The notes: generated by a model not told the origin, from the sequence alone. Shown: positions 30,596-40,715, counted from the stretch's first letter. The stretch is DNA of 64,000 bases from an uncultured delta proteobacterium (GCA_963745035.1 CAVUVW010000014.1:896001-960000), one strand, 5' to 3'. Translations and numbers: made by a program.

Positions 30596-31294
30596 CTAGC
30601 CGATCAGATCGAGTAGCGCTTGCAAGCTCGCGACCCGATCGCCATCGTTCGCATCCGCCGGCGCGCGGCGGTCGACGAGGACGGCGCGCAGGCCGGCGTC
30701 ACGCGCGCCGCGCCGGTCGTTGATCTCGCTGTCGCCGACGTGCAGTCCATCTTCCGGCCTGAGCCGGTGATGCTCCAACGCGATGTGAAAAATTTTTGGA
30801 TCGGGTTTGGCGTAGCCGACGCGGCTCGATACGAAGATGTGATGGAAAAACGCGCCGGCGCCCAGGCCGTGCAGGATCGGCGTCAAGCGCGAATCGAAAT
30901 TTGAGATCACGCTCAATTGCAGGCCGCGCCGGCTAAGCGCCGCCAAGGTATCGAGCACTTCCGGGTAAAGGCTCCAGGCGCCGGGCGCCGCAAAGTAGGC
31001 GAACAGCTCGTCGAAAAAGTCATCGAATTTTTTGAATCGCCCGCAGGGCTCGAATACCCGGGCAACCACGGTCCTCCACCAATCGCGCTCGAGCACGCCG
31101 ACCGCGTCGTCGGCCGCGCCGGGAAACGCCAACCGCGGCGCGTCGGCGAAGCAACCGCGGAAGCGTTCGGAAAGATCGGCCGGCGAAACCTTGACGCCGT
31201 GGCGTGCCGCGAAGATGGCGTAACTCTCGCCCACGCCGCGGACGGGCTTGAACAAGGTTCCGGCGGCATCAAAAAAAACCGCTTGGATGGTCAT
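30596..31294 (-). CDS. HAD-superfamily hydrolase (HDHD3-like)
   Basis: FFDAAGTL, SNFD, KPDPKIF, HVGDS. Confidence 0.9.
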   Translation of the reverse strand: MTIQAVFFDAAGTLFKPVRGVGESYAIFAARHGVKVSPADLSERFRGCFADAPRLAFPGAADDAVGVLERDWWRTVVARVFEPCGRFKKFDDFFDELFAYFAAPGAWSLYPEVLDTLAALSRRGLQLSVISNFDSRLTPILHGLGAGAFFHHIFVSSRVGYAKPDPKIFHIALEHHRLRPEDGLHVGDSEINDRRGARDAGLRAVLVDRRAPADANDGDRVASLQALLDLIG

Positions 31295-31360
31295 GGCGTG
31301 GGTGGGCTCAGACGCTCGCTCCAATTGCAACGACGCTAGCATGCTTTATAATTAAAATCG

Positions 31361-31951
31361 ATGCAGGGAAAAGACGCGCTGATCGTCGTCGACGTGCAGA
31401 ACGATTTTTGTCCCGGCGGGGCGTTGGGCGTCGAGGGCGGCGACAAGATCGTTCCGATCCTGAACGGCTACATTAATCGATTCGCGGCGGCGGGGCTGCC
31501 AATCGTCGTTACGCGCGACTGGCATCCGCGACAAACCAGTCATTTCAAGGACTACGGCGGAGTGTGGCCGGTCCATTGTGTGCAGAACACGCCCGGCGCG
31601 GAGTTTCACCGGGATCTCAAGCTGCCCCCAAACTCAATTCTGGTTTCCAAGGGCTTGGGCGCGGACGAAGACGCATACTCGGCGTTTCAGGCAGCGGATG
31701 ATGCGGGAGCGCCGCTTGCCAAGCTGCTGCGCGGTCTCGGGGTCGGTCGAATCTTTGTCGGCGGTCTGGCGACCGACTATTGCGTGAAGCACACGGCACT
31801 CGACGGCCTGCGCGAAGGTTTCGCGGTGGTCGTACTCGGCGATGCGATCCGCGGCGTCGATCTTCAGCCGGACGATTCGGCGAGGGCGCTGGGCGAAATG
31901 CGCGCCGCCGGCGTATCGACTCTGGCTTCGGTTGGCGCGCTGGCAATCTAG
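31361..31951 (+). CDS. pncA: Nicotinamidase/pyrazinamidase
   Basis: VDVQNDF, DWHP, WPVHC, GLATDYCV. Confidence 0.93.
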   Translation: MQGKDALIVVDVQNDFCPGGALGVEGGDKIVPILNGYINRFAAAGLPIVVTRDWHPRQTSHFKDYGGVWPVHCVQNTPGAEFHRDLKLPPNSILVSKGLGADEDAYSAFQAADDAGAPLAKLLRGLGVGRIFVGGLATDYCVKHTALDGLREGFAVVVLGDAIRGVDLQPDDSARALGEMRAAGVSTLASVGALAI

Positions 31952-32042
31952 GACGGCCCGGCGAGTTTTCCCACCGTGGCCGGCGGTTGCTCAAATCTTC
32001 GATCTGGTGTTCAATAATTCAATTTTCACTGCGAGGAACGAA

Positions 32043-32843
32043 TTGACCGCGGATTTTAACTACAGCGCGGAATGGGCGGCGGCGGAAACTGCAGCACGCG
32101 AAGCGGGCGCGGTCGTCATGGGCCTTTTCAAAGGCAAGTACGACGTGCACGAGAAGAGCAAGAATAATCACGTTACGACCGCGGACCTCGAAGCCAACCG
32201 TATTATTCGCGAAAAGATCAAGCGGTACTTTCCCGGCGACGGCTGGCTTTCTGAGGAAGACCAGGATACCAGCCAACGATTGGGCTGTTCGCGTGTTTGG
32301 GTGGTCGATCCTATCGACGGTACTAGGGAGTTTATCGAGGGCGTGCCGCAGTTTGCCATCTCGATTGGGTTTGTTGTCGATGGCGTCCCTAAGGTTTCCA
32401 TAGTTTTCAATCCGGCGAAGGAGCGGTTTTACAAAGCAGCGGCGGGGCAGGGCGCCTTTCTGAACGATCAAGTTATTCGCGTGACGCCACGCAATGACAT
32501 CGACGGAGCATTGCTCCTCGTGAGCCGATCCGAGCCGCAGAAAAAATTTCAGGTCTTCGTCGATCGCTGCGAGATCAAGCCGGTCGGCAGCATCGCGTAC
32601 CGGCTCGCGAAGGTCGCCGGCGGCGACGGCGATGCCACGATCACCTTTCGCACGATCCACGAATGGGATATTTGCGCCGGCGTGCTGATGGTGCTGGAAG
32701 CCGGAGGCAGCGTCGTCGACGGTGCCGGCGCGACGATGACATTCAATCACCAGCTACCGAAGCATCGCGGCGTCATTGCGGCCAACGGCAATCTGTCCAA
32801 CGGCTTGCAGGGAATGTGGGCGGATGCGATGGGCGATAGGTAA
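32043..32843 (+). CDS. Inositol monophosphatase family / CysQ-like phosphatase
   Basis: LSEE, WVVDPIDGTREF, EWDICAG. Confidence 0.88.
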   Translation: MTADFNYSAEWAAAETAAREAGAVVMGLFKGKYDVHEKSKNNHVTTADLEANRIIREKIKRYFPGDGWLSEEDQDTSQRLGCSRVWVVDPIDGTREFIEGVPQFAISIGFVVDGVPKVSIVFNPAKERFYKAAAGQGAFLNDQVIRVTPRNDIDGALLLVSRSEPQKKFQVFVDRCEIKPVGSIAYRLAKVAGGDGDATITFRTIHEWDICAGVLMVLEAGGSVVDGAGATMTFNHQLPKHRGVIAANGNLSNGLQGMWADAMGDR

Positions 32844-32868
32844 CGGCGCGGCCGGCGTTGGAGCGTGA

Positions 32869-33192
32869 ATGGGCAAATGCGTGTATTGCGGCGAGCGCGC
32901 CGGGTTGTTCGGCCGGAACTGCGGTGATTGTAAAAAGCTCTTGAGTCGGGTGGCGGAACTGCGCGGCAAAGTGAGCTACGGGCGCTTTCTCGACGGTCTG
33001 GAAGAAACCGGCGTGGCCAAGGAAAAGATTCTGCGCTTTCTCACCGCGGATCCGGACGGCGCTGGCAGCATCCAGGACCAGGTGACCGCCGAGATGACCA
33101 CCGAGCTGATGAAAGTCATGGGCATCGCCGGACGGCAAACGGCTGGAGAGGTCAAGCGCATCCGTGGCAACGTCGACAAAGAGTCCGAGTAG
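32869..33192 (+). CDS. Hypothetical protein with N-terminal Zn finger
   Basis: CVYC...CGDC; operonic position. Confidence 0.7.
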   Translation: MGKCVYCGERAGLFGRNCGDCKKLLSRVAELRGKVSYGRFLDGLEETGVAKEKILRFLTADPDGAGSIQDQVTAEMTTELMKVMGIAGRQTAGEVKRIRGNVDKESE

Positions 33193-33212
33193 AATGGGCG
33201 CCCGCCGCGGTT

Positions 33213-33692
33213 ATGGCCATCACGATTTATTTGTCGCTCACTTTCTTGGCGCTCTATCTGATCGGCTTGGCGGTTCACCGATGGTTTTTTTTGCGCGACC
33301 GGCGCGCAATGGCGGCCGAAAGCCGGGACGGCGGCAGGGTGATTGCCAAGGTCGGCGACCTTGCGCCGGGCAAGGTCAAAAAATTCTGGCTGATTTGCCA
33401 AAAATATCGATTGGACGGCTTTTTGATCAACGATCGCGGCAGCTTTCACGCCTACGTGAACCGCTGCCGGCACATGCCGACGCCGCTCGACTTCGTCCGT
33501 GATGAGTTTGTCAGCGACGACGGGCGATTCTTGCGCTGCTACACCCACGGGGCGCTCTATGAGTTTGCCACCGGGCTGTGCGTCGACGGCCCGTGCAAGG
33601 GCGAGTCGCTCTACCGGTTGCCGGTGCGCGTGGACCGCGACGAGGTCCTCGTCGACTGTCCCGAAGGAAACCTGAAAGAGCTTGCGGATTGA
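33213..33692 (+). CDS. Membrane-anchored Rieske [2Fe-2S] protein
   Basis: N-terminal TM helix, CRH...CYTH. Confidence 0.85.
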   Translation: MAITIYLSLTFLALYLIGLAVHRWFFLRDRRAMAAESRDGGRVIAKVGDLAPGKVKKFWLICQKYRLDGFLINDRGSFHAYVNRCRHMPTPLDFVRDEFVSDDGRFLRCYTHGALYEFATGLCVDGPCKGESLYRLPVRVDRDEVLVDCPEGNLKELAD

Positions 33693-33701
33693 GGAGCGGC
33701 G

Positions 33702-34073
33702 ATGGCCGAAAAAAAATCAGCGCGTAAACTGGTCGCGGCGGTGGGCGAAATCGAGCACGGCAAGAGCAAGAAGTTCACGTTGCGGCGCGGCCAGCGCGAT
33801 CTCGAGGCGCTGCTGGTCAACTTCGAGGGCTGCCATTTCGCGTACATCAATCGTTGCCCGCATACCGGCATCACGCTCGACTGGGTGAACAACCAATTTT
33901 TCAGCTCCGATAACCGCTATCTGATGTGCGCCACCCACGGCGCGGTGTTCGAGCCGCCGACCGGCGAGTGCATCTGGGGGCCGTGCGTCGGTCTCGCGCT
34001 GCAAAGCGTGCCGGTGGAAATCGAACAAGGACGGATTTACGCGCGCCTTCCCGGCTCGGACGCTGAGGAGTGA
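33702..34073 (+). CDS. Rieske [2Fe-2S] ferredoxin
   Basis: CPH...CATH. Confidence 0.9.
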   Translation: MAEKKSARKLVAAVGEIEHGKSKKFTLRRGQRDLEALLVNFEGCHFAYINRCPHTGITLDWVNNQFFSSDNRYLMCATHGAVFEPPTGECIWGPCVGLALQSVPVEIEQGRIYARLPGSDAEE

Positions 34074-34106
34074 GTCCGTGGGAGTCGCCAACGCGAGGAG
34101 CGCTCG

Positions 34107-34451
34107 ATGAATGGTTGTCTGTTTTGCGGTATCGCGGAGGGCAAGATCAAGGCCAACACGGTTTATGAGGACGAGCGTATCGTCGCCTTCACCGACATCC
34201 GGCCGCAGGCGCCGGTCCATATTCTTCTGATTCCGCGCAAGCACATCGCGGGCATGCTCGATATCGAGTCCGAGGACCGCGCGTTGATCGGCGAGATCTT
34301 TCAAGTCGCGGCGCGGCTGGCGCGCGAGCGGGGAATCGCCGACTCCGGGTTTCGCGTGGTCGTCAATTCCGGCGCCGACGCGGGGCAGAGCGTTTTTCAT
34401 CTGCACTACCATCTCATCGGCGGACGCTCGATGAGCTGGCCGCCCGGCTAA
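34107..34451 (+). CDS. hinT: Histidine triad nucleotide-binding protein (HinT-like)
   Basis: CLFC, HLHYH, WPPG C-terminus. Confidence 0.9.
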   Translation: MNGCLFCGIAEGKIKANTVYEDERIVAFTDIRPQAPVHILLIPRKHIAGMLDIESEDRALIGEIFQVAARLARERGIADSGFRVVVNSGADAGQSVFHLHYHLIGGRSMSWPPG

Positions 34452-34491
34452 CTTTTCTGAGTCCGGATCTATCGCAAATCGGAGGGGCTTC

Positions 34492-35751
34492 ATGACGGTT
34501 GATGAACCGCGCAGCGCAGCCAGTGAAATGGCGGTAGAACAGTTCGATCTCGCCGCCGGCAGACTCGGCATCGATCCCAACGTATCGACGCGCTTGCGGC
34601 GTCCGGACCGCTCGATGATCGTCAGCGTGCCGACGCGAATGGACGACGGCAGCGTGCACGTGTTTACCGGCTATCGCGTCCAGCACAACGACGTCCTCGG
34701 ACCTTTCAAAGGCGGCATACGCTATCATCCCGCCGTCAATCTCGGCGAGGTCTCAGCCCTGGCGATGTGGATGACGTGGAAATGCTCGCTCGTCGGTTTG
34801 CCGCTCGGCGGCGCGAAGGGCGGCATCGCTTGCGACCCGGCGACCTTGTCGCGCAATGAGCTCCAGTCGATGACGCGGCGTTTTACCGCGGAGATCCTCA
34901 ACATCATCGGACCCGAGGTCGACGTTCCCGCGCCCGACATGGGTACCAACGAACAAGTCATGGCCTGGATCATGGACACCTATTCCCAGCACAAGGGACA
35001 CGCCGTGCCGGAGATCGTCACAGGCAAGCCGGTGGCGATCGGCGGGACCTTGGGACGGCGCGAGGCGACCGGCCGCGGCGTAGTGTACATGATCATGGAA
35101 GCCGCCAAGCACTTGCAGATCGATTTGCCCAAGTGCACGGCAGTGGTGCAGGGCTTCGGCAACGTCGGTTCCGTGACGGCGAAAGAGCTGGCGAAAATCG
35201 GTCTCAAGATCATCGGCGTATCGGATCGCACCGGCGGCTACGTCGACCCCAAGGGGCTGCCAATTGATAAGCTTCTGGAAGTCGCCGACAGAAATCATAG
35301 CCTGGAAAACTGCCCGTATGGCGACAAGATCAGCAATCAAGAGATCTTGGAGCTCAAATGCGATGTGCTGGTTCCGGCCGCGTTGGAAATGCAGATTACC
35401 GAAATCAACGCGCCGCGCCTGCAGTGCCGGGTGCTTGCGGAGGGCGCCAACGGGCCGACGACGCCGCAGGCGGACGCGATCTTAAGAGACAAGGGCGTGT
35501 TCGTGATTCCCGATATTCTCGCCAATGCCGGCGGCGTCGTGGTGTCCTACTTCGAGTGGGTGCAGGACCTGCAGAATTTTTTCTGGACCGAAGACGAAGT
35601 GAACAGCAAGCTCCGCGACGTCTTGGTCAAGGCTTTCCATCAGGTGCTCGAAATGAGCCGGCAGCATTCAGTCGACATGCGCCTGGCGGCGCTGATGATC
35701 GGCATCGAGCGGGTCGCCCGGGCGATGTTGTGGCGCGGGCTGTACGCCTGA
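34492..35751 (+). CDS. gdhA: Glu/Leu/Phe/Val dehydrogenase (glutamate dehydrogenase)
   Basis: GPFKGGIRY, GGAKGG, PAPD, GFGNVG, EGANGP. Confidence 0.9.
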   Translation: MTVDEPRSAASEMAVEQFDLAAGRLGIDPNVSTRLRRPDRSMIVSVPTRMDDGSVHVFTGYRVQHNDVLGPFKGGIRYHPAVNLGEVSALAMWMTWKCSLVGLPLGGAKGGIACDPATLSRNELQSMTRRFTAEILNIIGPEVDVPAPDMGTNEQVMAWIMDTYSQHKGHAVPEIVTGKPVAIGGTLGRREATGRGVVYMIMEAAKHLQIDLPKCTAVVQGFGNVGSVTAKELAKIGLKIIGVSDRTGGYVDPKGLPIDKLLEVADRNHSLENCPYGDKISNQEILELKCDVLVPAALEMQITEINAPRLQCRVLAEGANGPTTPQADAILRDKGVFVIPDILANAGGVVVSYFEWVQDLQNFFWTEDEVNSKLRDVLVKAFHQVLEMSRQHSVDMRLAALMIGIERVARAMLWRGLYA

Positions 35752-35832
35752 CGGCGTCCCGCTCGCCGCGTTGAAGCGCGGCAGAGAAACTGCTAACGAG
35801 GACAGCAAGAAACAAAAAAAGGATTCTAGAAA

Positions 35833-36393
35833 ATGGTCCAAGCGACGCAACTTCGGCCGGGCATGATCATCATCCACGAGGGCGACCTCTTTCGCGTGAC
35901 CGCAGTGCACCACCTGACGCCGGGTAACAAGCGCGGTTTCATGCAGACCAAAATGAAAAACCTGCGCACCGGCATCGGCACCGAATACAAGTTCCGCTCC
36001 GAGGACCGCGTCGATCAGGCGATATTGGAAAACCGGCAGATGCAGTATCTGTACGCCGAAGGGGACCTGCATACTTTCATGGATACCGAAAACTACGAGC
36101 AGACTGCGTTGACCGCAGAGGACATCGGCGACCTGCTCCTCTATCTGCTGCCGAACTCGGTGGTGGGGATCGAATTTCACGACGGCAAGCCGGTAGGCAT
36201 CAATCCGCCGTCGACGGTCGATCTGCAAGTGGTCGATACCGAGCCGTCGATGAAGGGCGCGACGGCGAGCGCATCCTATAAACCGGCGAAGCTGGAAACC
36301 GGCGTGACGGTGCAAGTTCCGCCGTTCATTCAAGTCGGCGACAAAGTGCGCGTCGATCCTTCCGACGGCTCGTACCAGGAGCGCGTCAAGTAG
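35833..36393 (+). CDS. efp: Elongation factor P
   Basis: KPAKLETG..VQVPPFI..GDKVRVD; tip loop PGNKRG. Confidence 0.95.
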   Translation: MVQATQLRPGMIIIHEGDLFRVTAVHHLTPGNKRGFMQTKMKNLRTGIGTEYKFRSEDRVDQAILENRQMQYLYAEGDLHTFMDTENYEQTALTAEDIGDLLLYLLPNSVVGIEFHDGKPVGINPPSTVDLQVVDTEPSMKGATASASYKPAKLETGVTVQVPPFIQVGDKVRVDPSDGSYQERVK

Positions 36394-36982
36394 CTTTGAT
36401 TTTCTCGATCACCGCCCGCACTTGACGTTCCAGGTCCGCTATATCGCCGTCGTTCTCGATCACGTAGTCCGCGAGCCGGCGTTTTTCTTCAAGGCTCATC
36501 TGCGCGTCGATGTGCTTTTGCGCCGCTTCCGGGCTCAAGCGATCGCGCTGCTCCAGCCGCCGCCTCTGGACCGCAGCGTCGCACGCGACCAGGACCACGG
36601 GTCGAAGCCATTCATGGAGCTTGCCTTCGAAAAGCAGCGGCACTTCATAGACGATGATTTCGTACCCGGCGGCGGCGTGTTGCGCGATGCGCTCCTCGGC
36701 GAGCGCGCGCACGCGCGGATGGATGATCGACTCGAGCTGTTTTCTCGCCGCCGGATCGTTGAAAATCGTCGAGCGGAGCTTTTGCCGGTCGAGAGTGCGG
36801 TCGGCTTGCAGCACTTCGGCGCCGAATGTTTCGATGATTTTTTTCCAGGCGTCGCGCTCGGGCTCGACGACTTCCCGCGCCAACGCGTCAGCGTCGACGA
36901 TCGCCGCGCCGAGGCGCGCGAGGATTTTAGCGACCGTAGTTTTTCCCGAGGCGATGCCGCCGGTTAAGCCGATTAATTTCAC
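36386..36982 (-). CDS. coaE: Dephospho-CoA kinase
   Basis: GLTGGIASGKT, HPRV, VPLLFE. Confidence 0.96.
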   Translation of the reverse strand: MKLIGLTGGIASGKTTVAKILARLGAAIVDADALAREVVEPERDAWKKIIETFGAEVLQADRTLDRQKLRSTIFNDPAARKQLESIIHPRVRALAEERIAQHAAAGYEIIVYEVPLLFEGKLHEWLRPVVLVACDAAVQRRRLEQRDRLSPEAAQKHIDAQMSLEEKRRLADYVIENDGDIADLERQVRAVIEKIKAT

Positions 36983-37077
36983 GCCACACTAATGGCAAAA
37001 TCGGCATGGGCTTTCAATCGGTGGGCGGCAAAGCGGGCGCGCACGCAGTGAAAAGAGTGAAAAGAAGGTGATCGATC

Positions 37078-37335
37078 ATGGCCCGAGTTGTAATTTATAC
37101 CACCAACTATTGCCCTTATTGCACCGGAGCGAAGGCGCTCCTGCGCTCGAAAAGTATCGTCTTTGAAGAGATCGACGTAACCCACGATGAGAAATTGCGC
37201 GAAGAGATGGAGCAGCGCTCGCGGCGGCGCACCGTGCCGCAGATTTTTATCGACGGCGAGCCGATCGGCGGTTACGATGACGCGCGGCGCCTGGATGCCG
37301 CCGGAGAGCTCGATCGCATGCTTGGACTGGCATGA
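37078..37335 (+). CDS. grxC: Glutaredoxin 3
   Basis: CPYC, TVPQIFI, GGYDD. Confidence 0.95.
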   Translation: MARVVIYTTNYCPYCTGAKALLRSKSIVFEEIDVTHDEKLREEMEQRSRRRTVPQIFIDGEPIGGYDDARRLDAAGELDRMLGLA

Positions 37336-37368
37336 AACGGCGCTGCGTTCGACGAAATTGGCGGAAAC

Positions 37369-37405
37369 TGGAGGCGGCGAGCGGATTCGAACCGCTGCAT
37401 CGAGG
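37369..37405. repeat. att core at the left end (duplicated tRNA-Cys 3' end)
   Basis: TGGAGGCGGCGAGCGGATTCGAACCGCTGCATCGAGG identical to 53886-53922. Confidence 0.95.
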
Positions 37406-37446
37406 CCAAAAGACTAAAATCAAGAAGTAGATACGGAGTGTGAAGG

Positions 37447-37468
37447 AGCCCGGATTTCCGGGCTTTTT
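37447..37468 (+). terminator. Rho-independent terminator just inside the left end
   Basis: AGCCCGG-ATTT-CCGGGCT-TTTT. Confidence 0.7.
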
Positions 37469-37506
37469 CATTTTGGGCGTACAGTGATACGGTTTGTTAC
37501 CCGTTT

Positions 37507-37532
37507 TTGGCACAAAACTGGAACGTTTTTTT
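37507..37532 (+). promoter_or_regulatory. Putative integrase arm-type site
   Basis: TTGGCACAAAACTGGAACGTTTTTTT matches 53810-53835 at 23/26. Confidence 0.6.
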
Positions 37533-37626
37533 GGCATGCGCATGCAACATGACGTGGCACACCCCCCACCCCCCGTTTGGCGACTAGGGAACCTAGCCAA
37601 ACACGGCGCAAAAACAAAAAGGGCTC

Positions 37627-37890
37627 ATGGCAAAGCGGACTGACACCAAAATCGCGGTTCTCGTGCAGGTGATGGACGAGCTGGGCTTCGACCGGGAAAC
37701 CATCGCAACGGTTTCCAAGGTGCCGCAGCGGACAATCAGCGATATTGTGAACCGGCGCAGTTATTGGGCTACTGCGGGTGAGTTTAACGAGGTGCGGGAG
37801 ACGTACACGCTTTACCTGCGAAAGTGCCTCAAAGACGACGCTGCGGCGCTTGGGCACGCCGTTTTGAGGCGGCTCGAGGAATTAACGTGA
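37627..37890 (+). CDS. Small HTH protein; the frame continues past TGA to ~37968 (possible nonsense mutation)
   Basis: ETIATVSKVPQRTISDIVN HTH-like segment. Confidence 0.6.
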   Translation: MAKRTDTKIAVLVQVMDELGFDRETIATVSKVPQRTISDIVNRRSYWATAGEFNEVRETYTLYLRKCLKDDAAALGHAVLRRLEELT

Positions 37891-37972
37891 GATGCGGACT
37901 TCACGACTACTTTAAACATCGCCAGTGCGGTAGCGACCCTAGCAGCAAGAATCGAAAGTGGGAGATAGCAAA

Positions 37973-38185
37973 ATGGAGACACAAGAAAAGTATCTCAGCA
38001 CCGGCCAGCTAATGGACTTTCTGGAAATCTCACGGAGCACGGTTTACCGGCTCATGGCCAGAGGGATGCCAAATATTATGGTCGGGACCGTTCACAGGTT
38101 TCCAAGAGAGCGAGTAATAGACTGGCTGGAGCGGAAATCTGATAAGCAGCGACTTACCGAGACACGTACAGCTACTAGAAACTAG
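37973..38185 (+). CDS. Excisionase/AlpA-like HTH_17 protein
   Basis: YLSTGQLMDFLEISRSTVYRL...RF..ERVIDWL. Confidence 0.85.
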   Translation: METQEKYLSTGQLMDFLEISRSTVYRLMARGMPNIMVGTVHRFPRERVIDWLERKSDKQRLTETRTATRN

Positions 38186-38528
38186 CCCAAAAAGACTATA
38201 AGCGATACGAGCTGTGAAGCCCAAATTGACGGGTCATTCGCAAAGGTTCGCCGCTTTAAAAAAGGGGCCTCCGCTCCTCATTATGGTGCGAGTTACGGCG
38301 ACAACCAGCCGCAGGGATATAGCGCCAATGACCGTTAACGCAGTTAAACGGCCATTCTCAGAGCTGTGCGAATCCGTTCTGCAAGGCACCCGTCAACATC
38401 AAGTCACCGCGCGGCAAGCATGGGCGCTACTGCTCCGATCACTGCCGATGGACGGCTACGCTTTGAAGCAGGCCAAGGCACTGCTCACAACCGCGTTGGG
38501 TCATCCGGTTCACGAACTGTTGGACGGA

Positions 38529-38723
38529 CTATGAGATGCTTGAGTCACACTGACACAGACCTTCGCGGTGCAGGCGCAGGCATTCGAAACAAGGAACACC
38601 TGGCGCATGGAGCTGTTTCTCCTCTACTTCAAAATCTTGGGTTGGCCAGTGTGAGCAATTTATGCAGAAATGCCAGAAAGGCTCATCTCGAAGACGGCGG
38701 TAATTTCGTCTCTCCTGAACCAT
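38529..38723 (-). CDS. Small Cys/His-rich hypothetical protein
   Basis: WHFCINCSHWP...CFEC putative Zn-binding pattern. Confidence 0.6.
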   Translation of the reverse strand: MVQERRNYRRLRDEPFWHFCINCSHWPTQDFEVEEKQLHAPGVPCFECLRLHREGLCQCDSSIS

Positions 38724-38822
38724 CCCTTCAGAGTACCAAGATCGGGTAACACGCTATGAGCCGGCAGTCGTGGCAACTTGATCGAAAGCAATCAATGTTA
38801 TTGATCAGTACTCCCGTCGGTC

Positions 38823-39023
38823 TTATCCGAAAGGCAATCGGCCTAGCAAAACCACTTCGCTTTCGGAAGTCACGTAGACTGAGCCGCAGTATTCGCACAT
38901 CCAAGCGGTTTCTTCGAGTAGGACTATCGCCGCTCGCGTTTCATTGGAGAGCTGGGAAAATTCCTGAACTCCAAGTGGTCTCTGTGTTCCAATGTTACAC
39001 CTGCCGGGGCATCCCGTTTTCAC
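38823..39023 (-). CDS. Small putative Zn-ribbon protein
   Basis: CPGRC...CEYCG; RBS GGAGG. Confidence 0.55.
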   Translation of the reverse strand: MKTGCPGRCNIGTQRPLGVQEFSQLSNETRAAIVLLEETAWMCEYCGSVYVTSESEVVLLGRLPFG

Positions 39024-39650
39024 TGGTGTACGCCTCCCGCAATTTGAGCGAAACGCAATCAGCGGGCCAAAAGACAGCTTACGCTAAGCAGTCGAATCTT
39101 CAGTTAGCATGCGAGATATGGCGAGCGGAGCAGGAAATTCCGTTCGGAAGGATCTGTTTATCGCCTCCAGATTGGTTCGATTAACACAGGAATTTAACGG
39201 CTAAAATGTTGAGTCGCTGAAGATTGATTGCATGAGGCACACGGGTCCGTGATTTTCTAGAGAACACAACATCTGCCTCGTTTGCTGGTCCAACTATGAC
39301 AAAACTGATCCAGCCGATCAGCTTCCAGGGAAATGTGGATCGACGTGGAACAGCTGCCCAGACGCAGAATAACTTGAGCACGGCGACACAGACTATCTGA
39401 TCAACCGGCAGCTCTAAATCTATCCGAATATGGTAGTGTCAGGGAAACAAAGCACCCAAACAGACCATACGCTGGCGATGCGTTGCGCCCGAAGCACGCG
39501 GTCTGTACCTCACACTAACTGCTACGCCTCCATCAGTGTAGCCGAGCCTGAGCCTGTCTCACCGTTGGAACAGCGCCGGCTATTAATCCCAAATCTCGGA
39601 GACTACATGGAAAAAAACAGGAGATTTATGAATAGGCTTGCCGTTCCCAG

Positions 39651-39666
39651 TGGCACGTTTGCTGCG
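39651..39666 (+). promoter_or_regulatory. Putative sigma54 promoter
   Basis: TGGCAC-GTTTG-CTGCG, 35 bp upstream of 39701. Confidence 0.5.
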
Positions 39667-39700
39667 TTGTTATGGGTAGTCCACTTCAATGTGAAACATT

Positions 39701-40210
39701 ATGGTTCACGCCAGCTCACTAAGAGTCATCGGTCAGGCATTAGAAGTGGCCGACGTTCGTGCTTTCGAACTTGAGAAACACGGCCAGTACTATGTCGTCT
39801 GGAGCGATTCACTGGCAAACGCAGACAAATGGATTTCTGACTGGGCGCTCACTGCCGATTGTTATGCCGGAGGCGCTCGGCAGGACAAGGCAAACTGCTC
39901 GTTGTGTTTCAGCCGGTCCGATATAATTCGTCTGGATCATAAGGGCAGTAAACGTAGGCGCAGCGAGTCATCATCGTATACCCAGGGCAACAAGCTTCCT
40001 CAATTGCTGCGCACCGTGGGCGAACACCTGGACCGTAATGCAGTTGGTGCGTTTCGTCTTTCCTGGACGCCGGAGGACGCAAGAGTTTCGATCCTACCTA
40101 CCAATGACTTAATGCTTGAAAAAATAACATTCACCCAAGAGAAGCTTCGGCAGCTCTCGTTGCATACTCGATTCCGACGATCAAAGCCGCACGGTCTTCG
40201 ATCCACGTAA
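39701..40210 (+). CDS. Hypothetical protein with internal repeat (LRVIGQALE / LRTVGEHLD)
   Basis: 169-aa ORF with a duplicated helical motif. Confidence 0.65.
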   Translation: MVHASSLRVIGQALEVADVRAFELEKHGQYYVVWSDSLANADKWISDWALTADCYAGGARQDKANCSLCFSRSDIIRLDHKGSKRRRSESSSYTQGNKLPQLLRTVGEHLDRNAVGAFRLSWTPEDARVSILPTNDLMLEKITFTQEKLRQLSLHTRFRRSKPHGLRST

Positions 40211-40439
40211 GATGACCCTTGCGACACGCTACACCCGCAAGAAATTTGCGCGGATCGCAGTTACCCCACACCGCAATTCTATTTCGCCAAAAGGCAGGTT
40301 CAGGGGGTTATCGAACGATAAAGAGAACGCACAGCAACACACATCGCGGACGTAAACAGCAACACACATCCGCGGACGTAAAAGGAGGACCTTGCTTTTA
40401 TACATATAGAAAACGCCGTACAGAAGAGGGTAAAAGACG

Positions 40440-40715
40440 ATGAAACTTGGCGAGCAACCTTGGTGGCCGAGAACATGGAGAAGTCCAACCTACGAAAATA
40501 TTCCGGCCGAGGAGATCAGAAAAGACGGCGTTTTTGTAGATTGCGACCTATTTCCGAACGAACTCATGATCCGGGTTAATTACAACGGCATGATTGTCAG
40601 CGGCCGGATCGCTAGTGGGAATTTGAATGTACCCGCAAATTTACAGCCGATTATGGACCTTCTTTCCGACTACACTGGAAGTTCAATGCAATGTATCGAG
40701 GATCTGGAATTTTGA
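40440..40715 (+). CDS. Hypothetical protein, WPxxW...DL family paralog A
   Basis: Shares motifs with the ORFs at 42024 and 46645. Confidence 0.65.
   Translation: MKLGEQPWWPRTWRSPTYENIPAEEIRKDGVFVDCDLFPNELMIRVNYNGMIVSGRIASGNLNVPANLQPIMDLLSDYTGSSMQCIEDLEF

Noticed and set aside
37888-37890. In-frame TGA as a selenocysteine codon
   Set aside because: No redox motif context or recognisable SECIS; a nonsense change or true stop is more likely.
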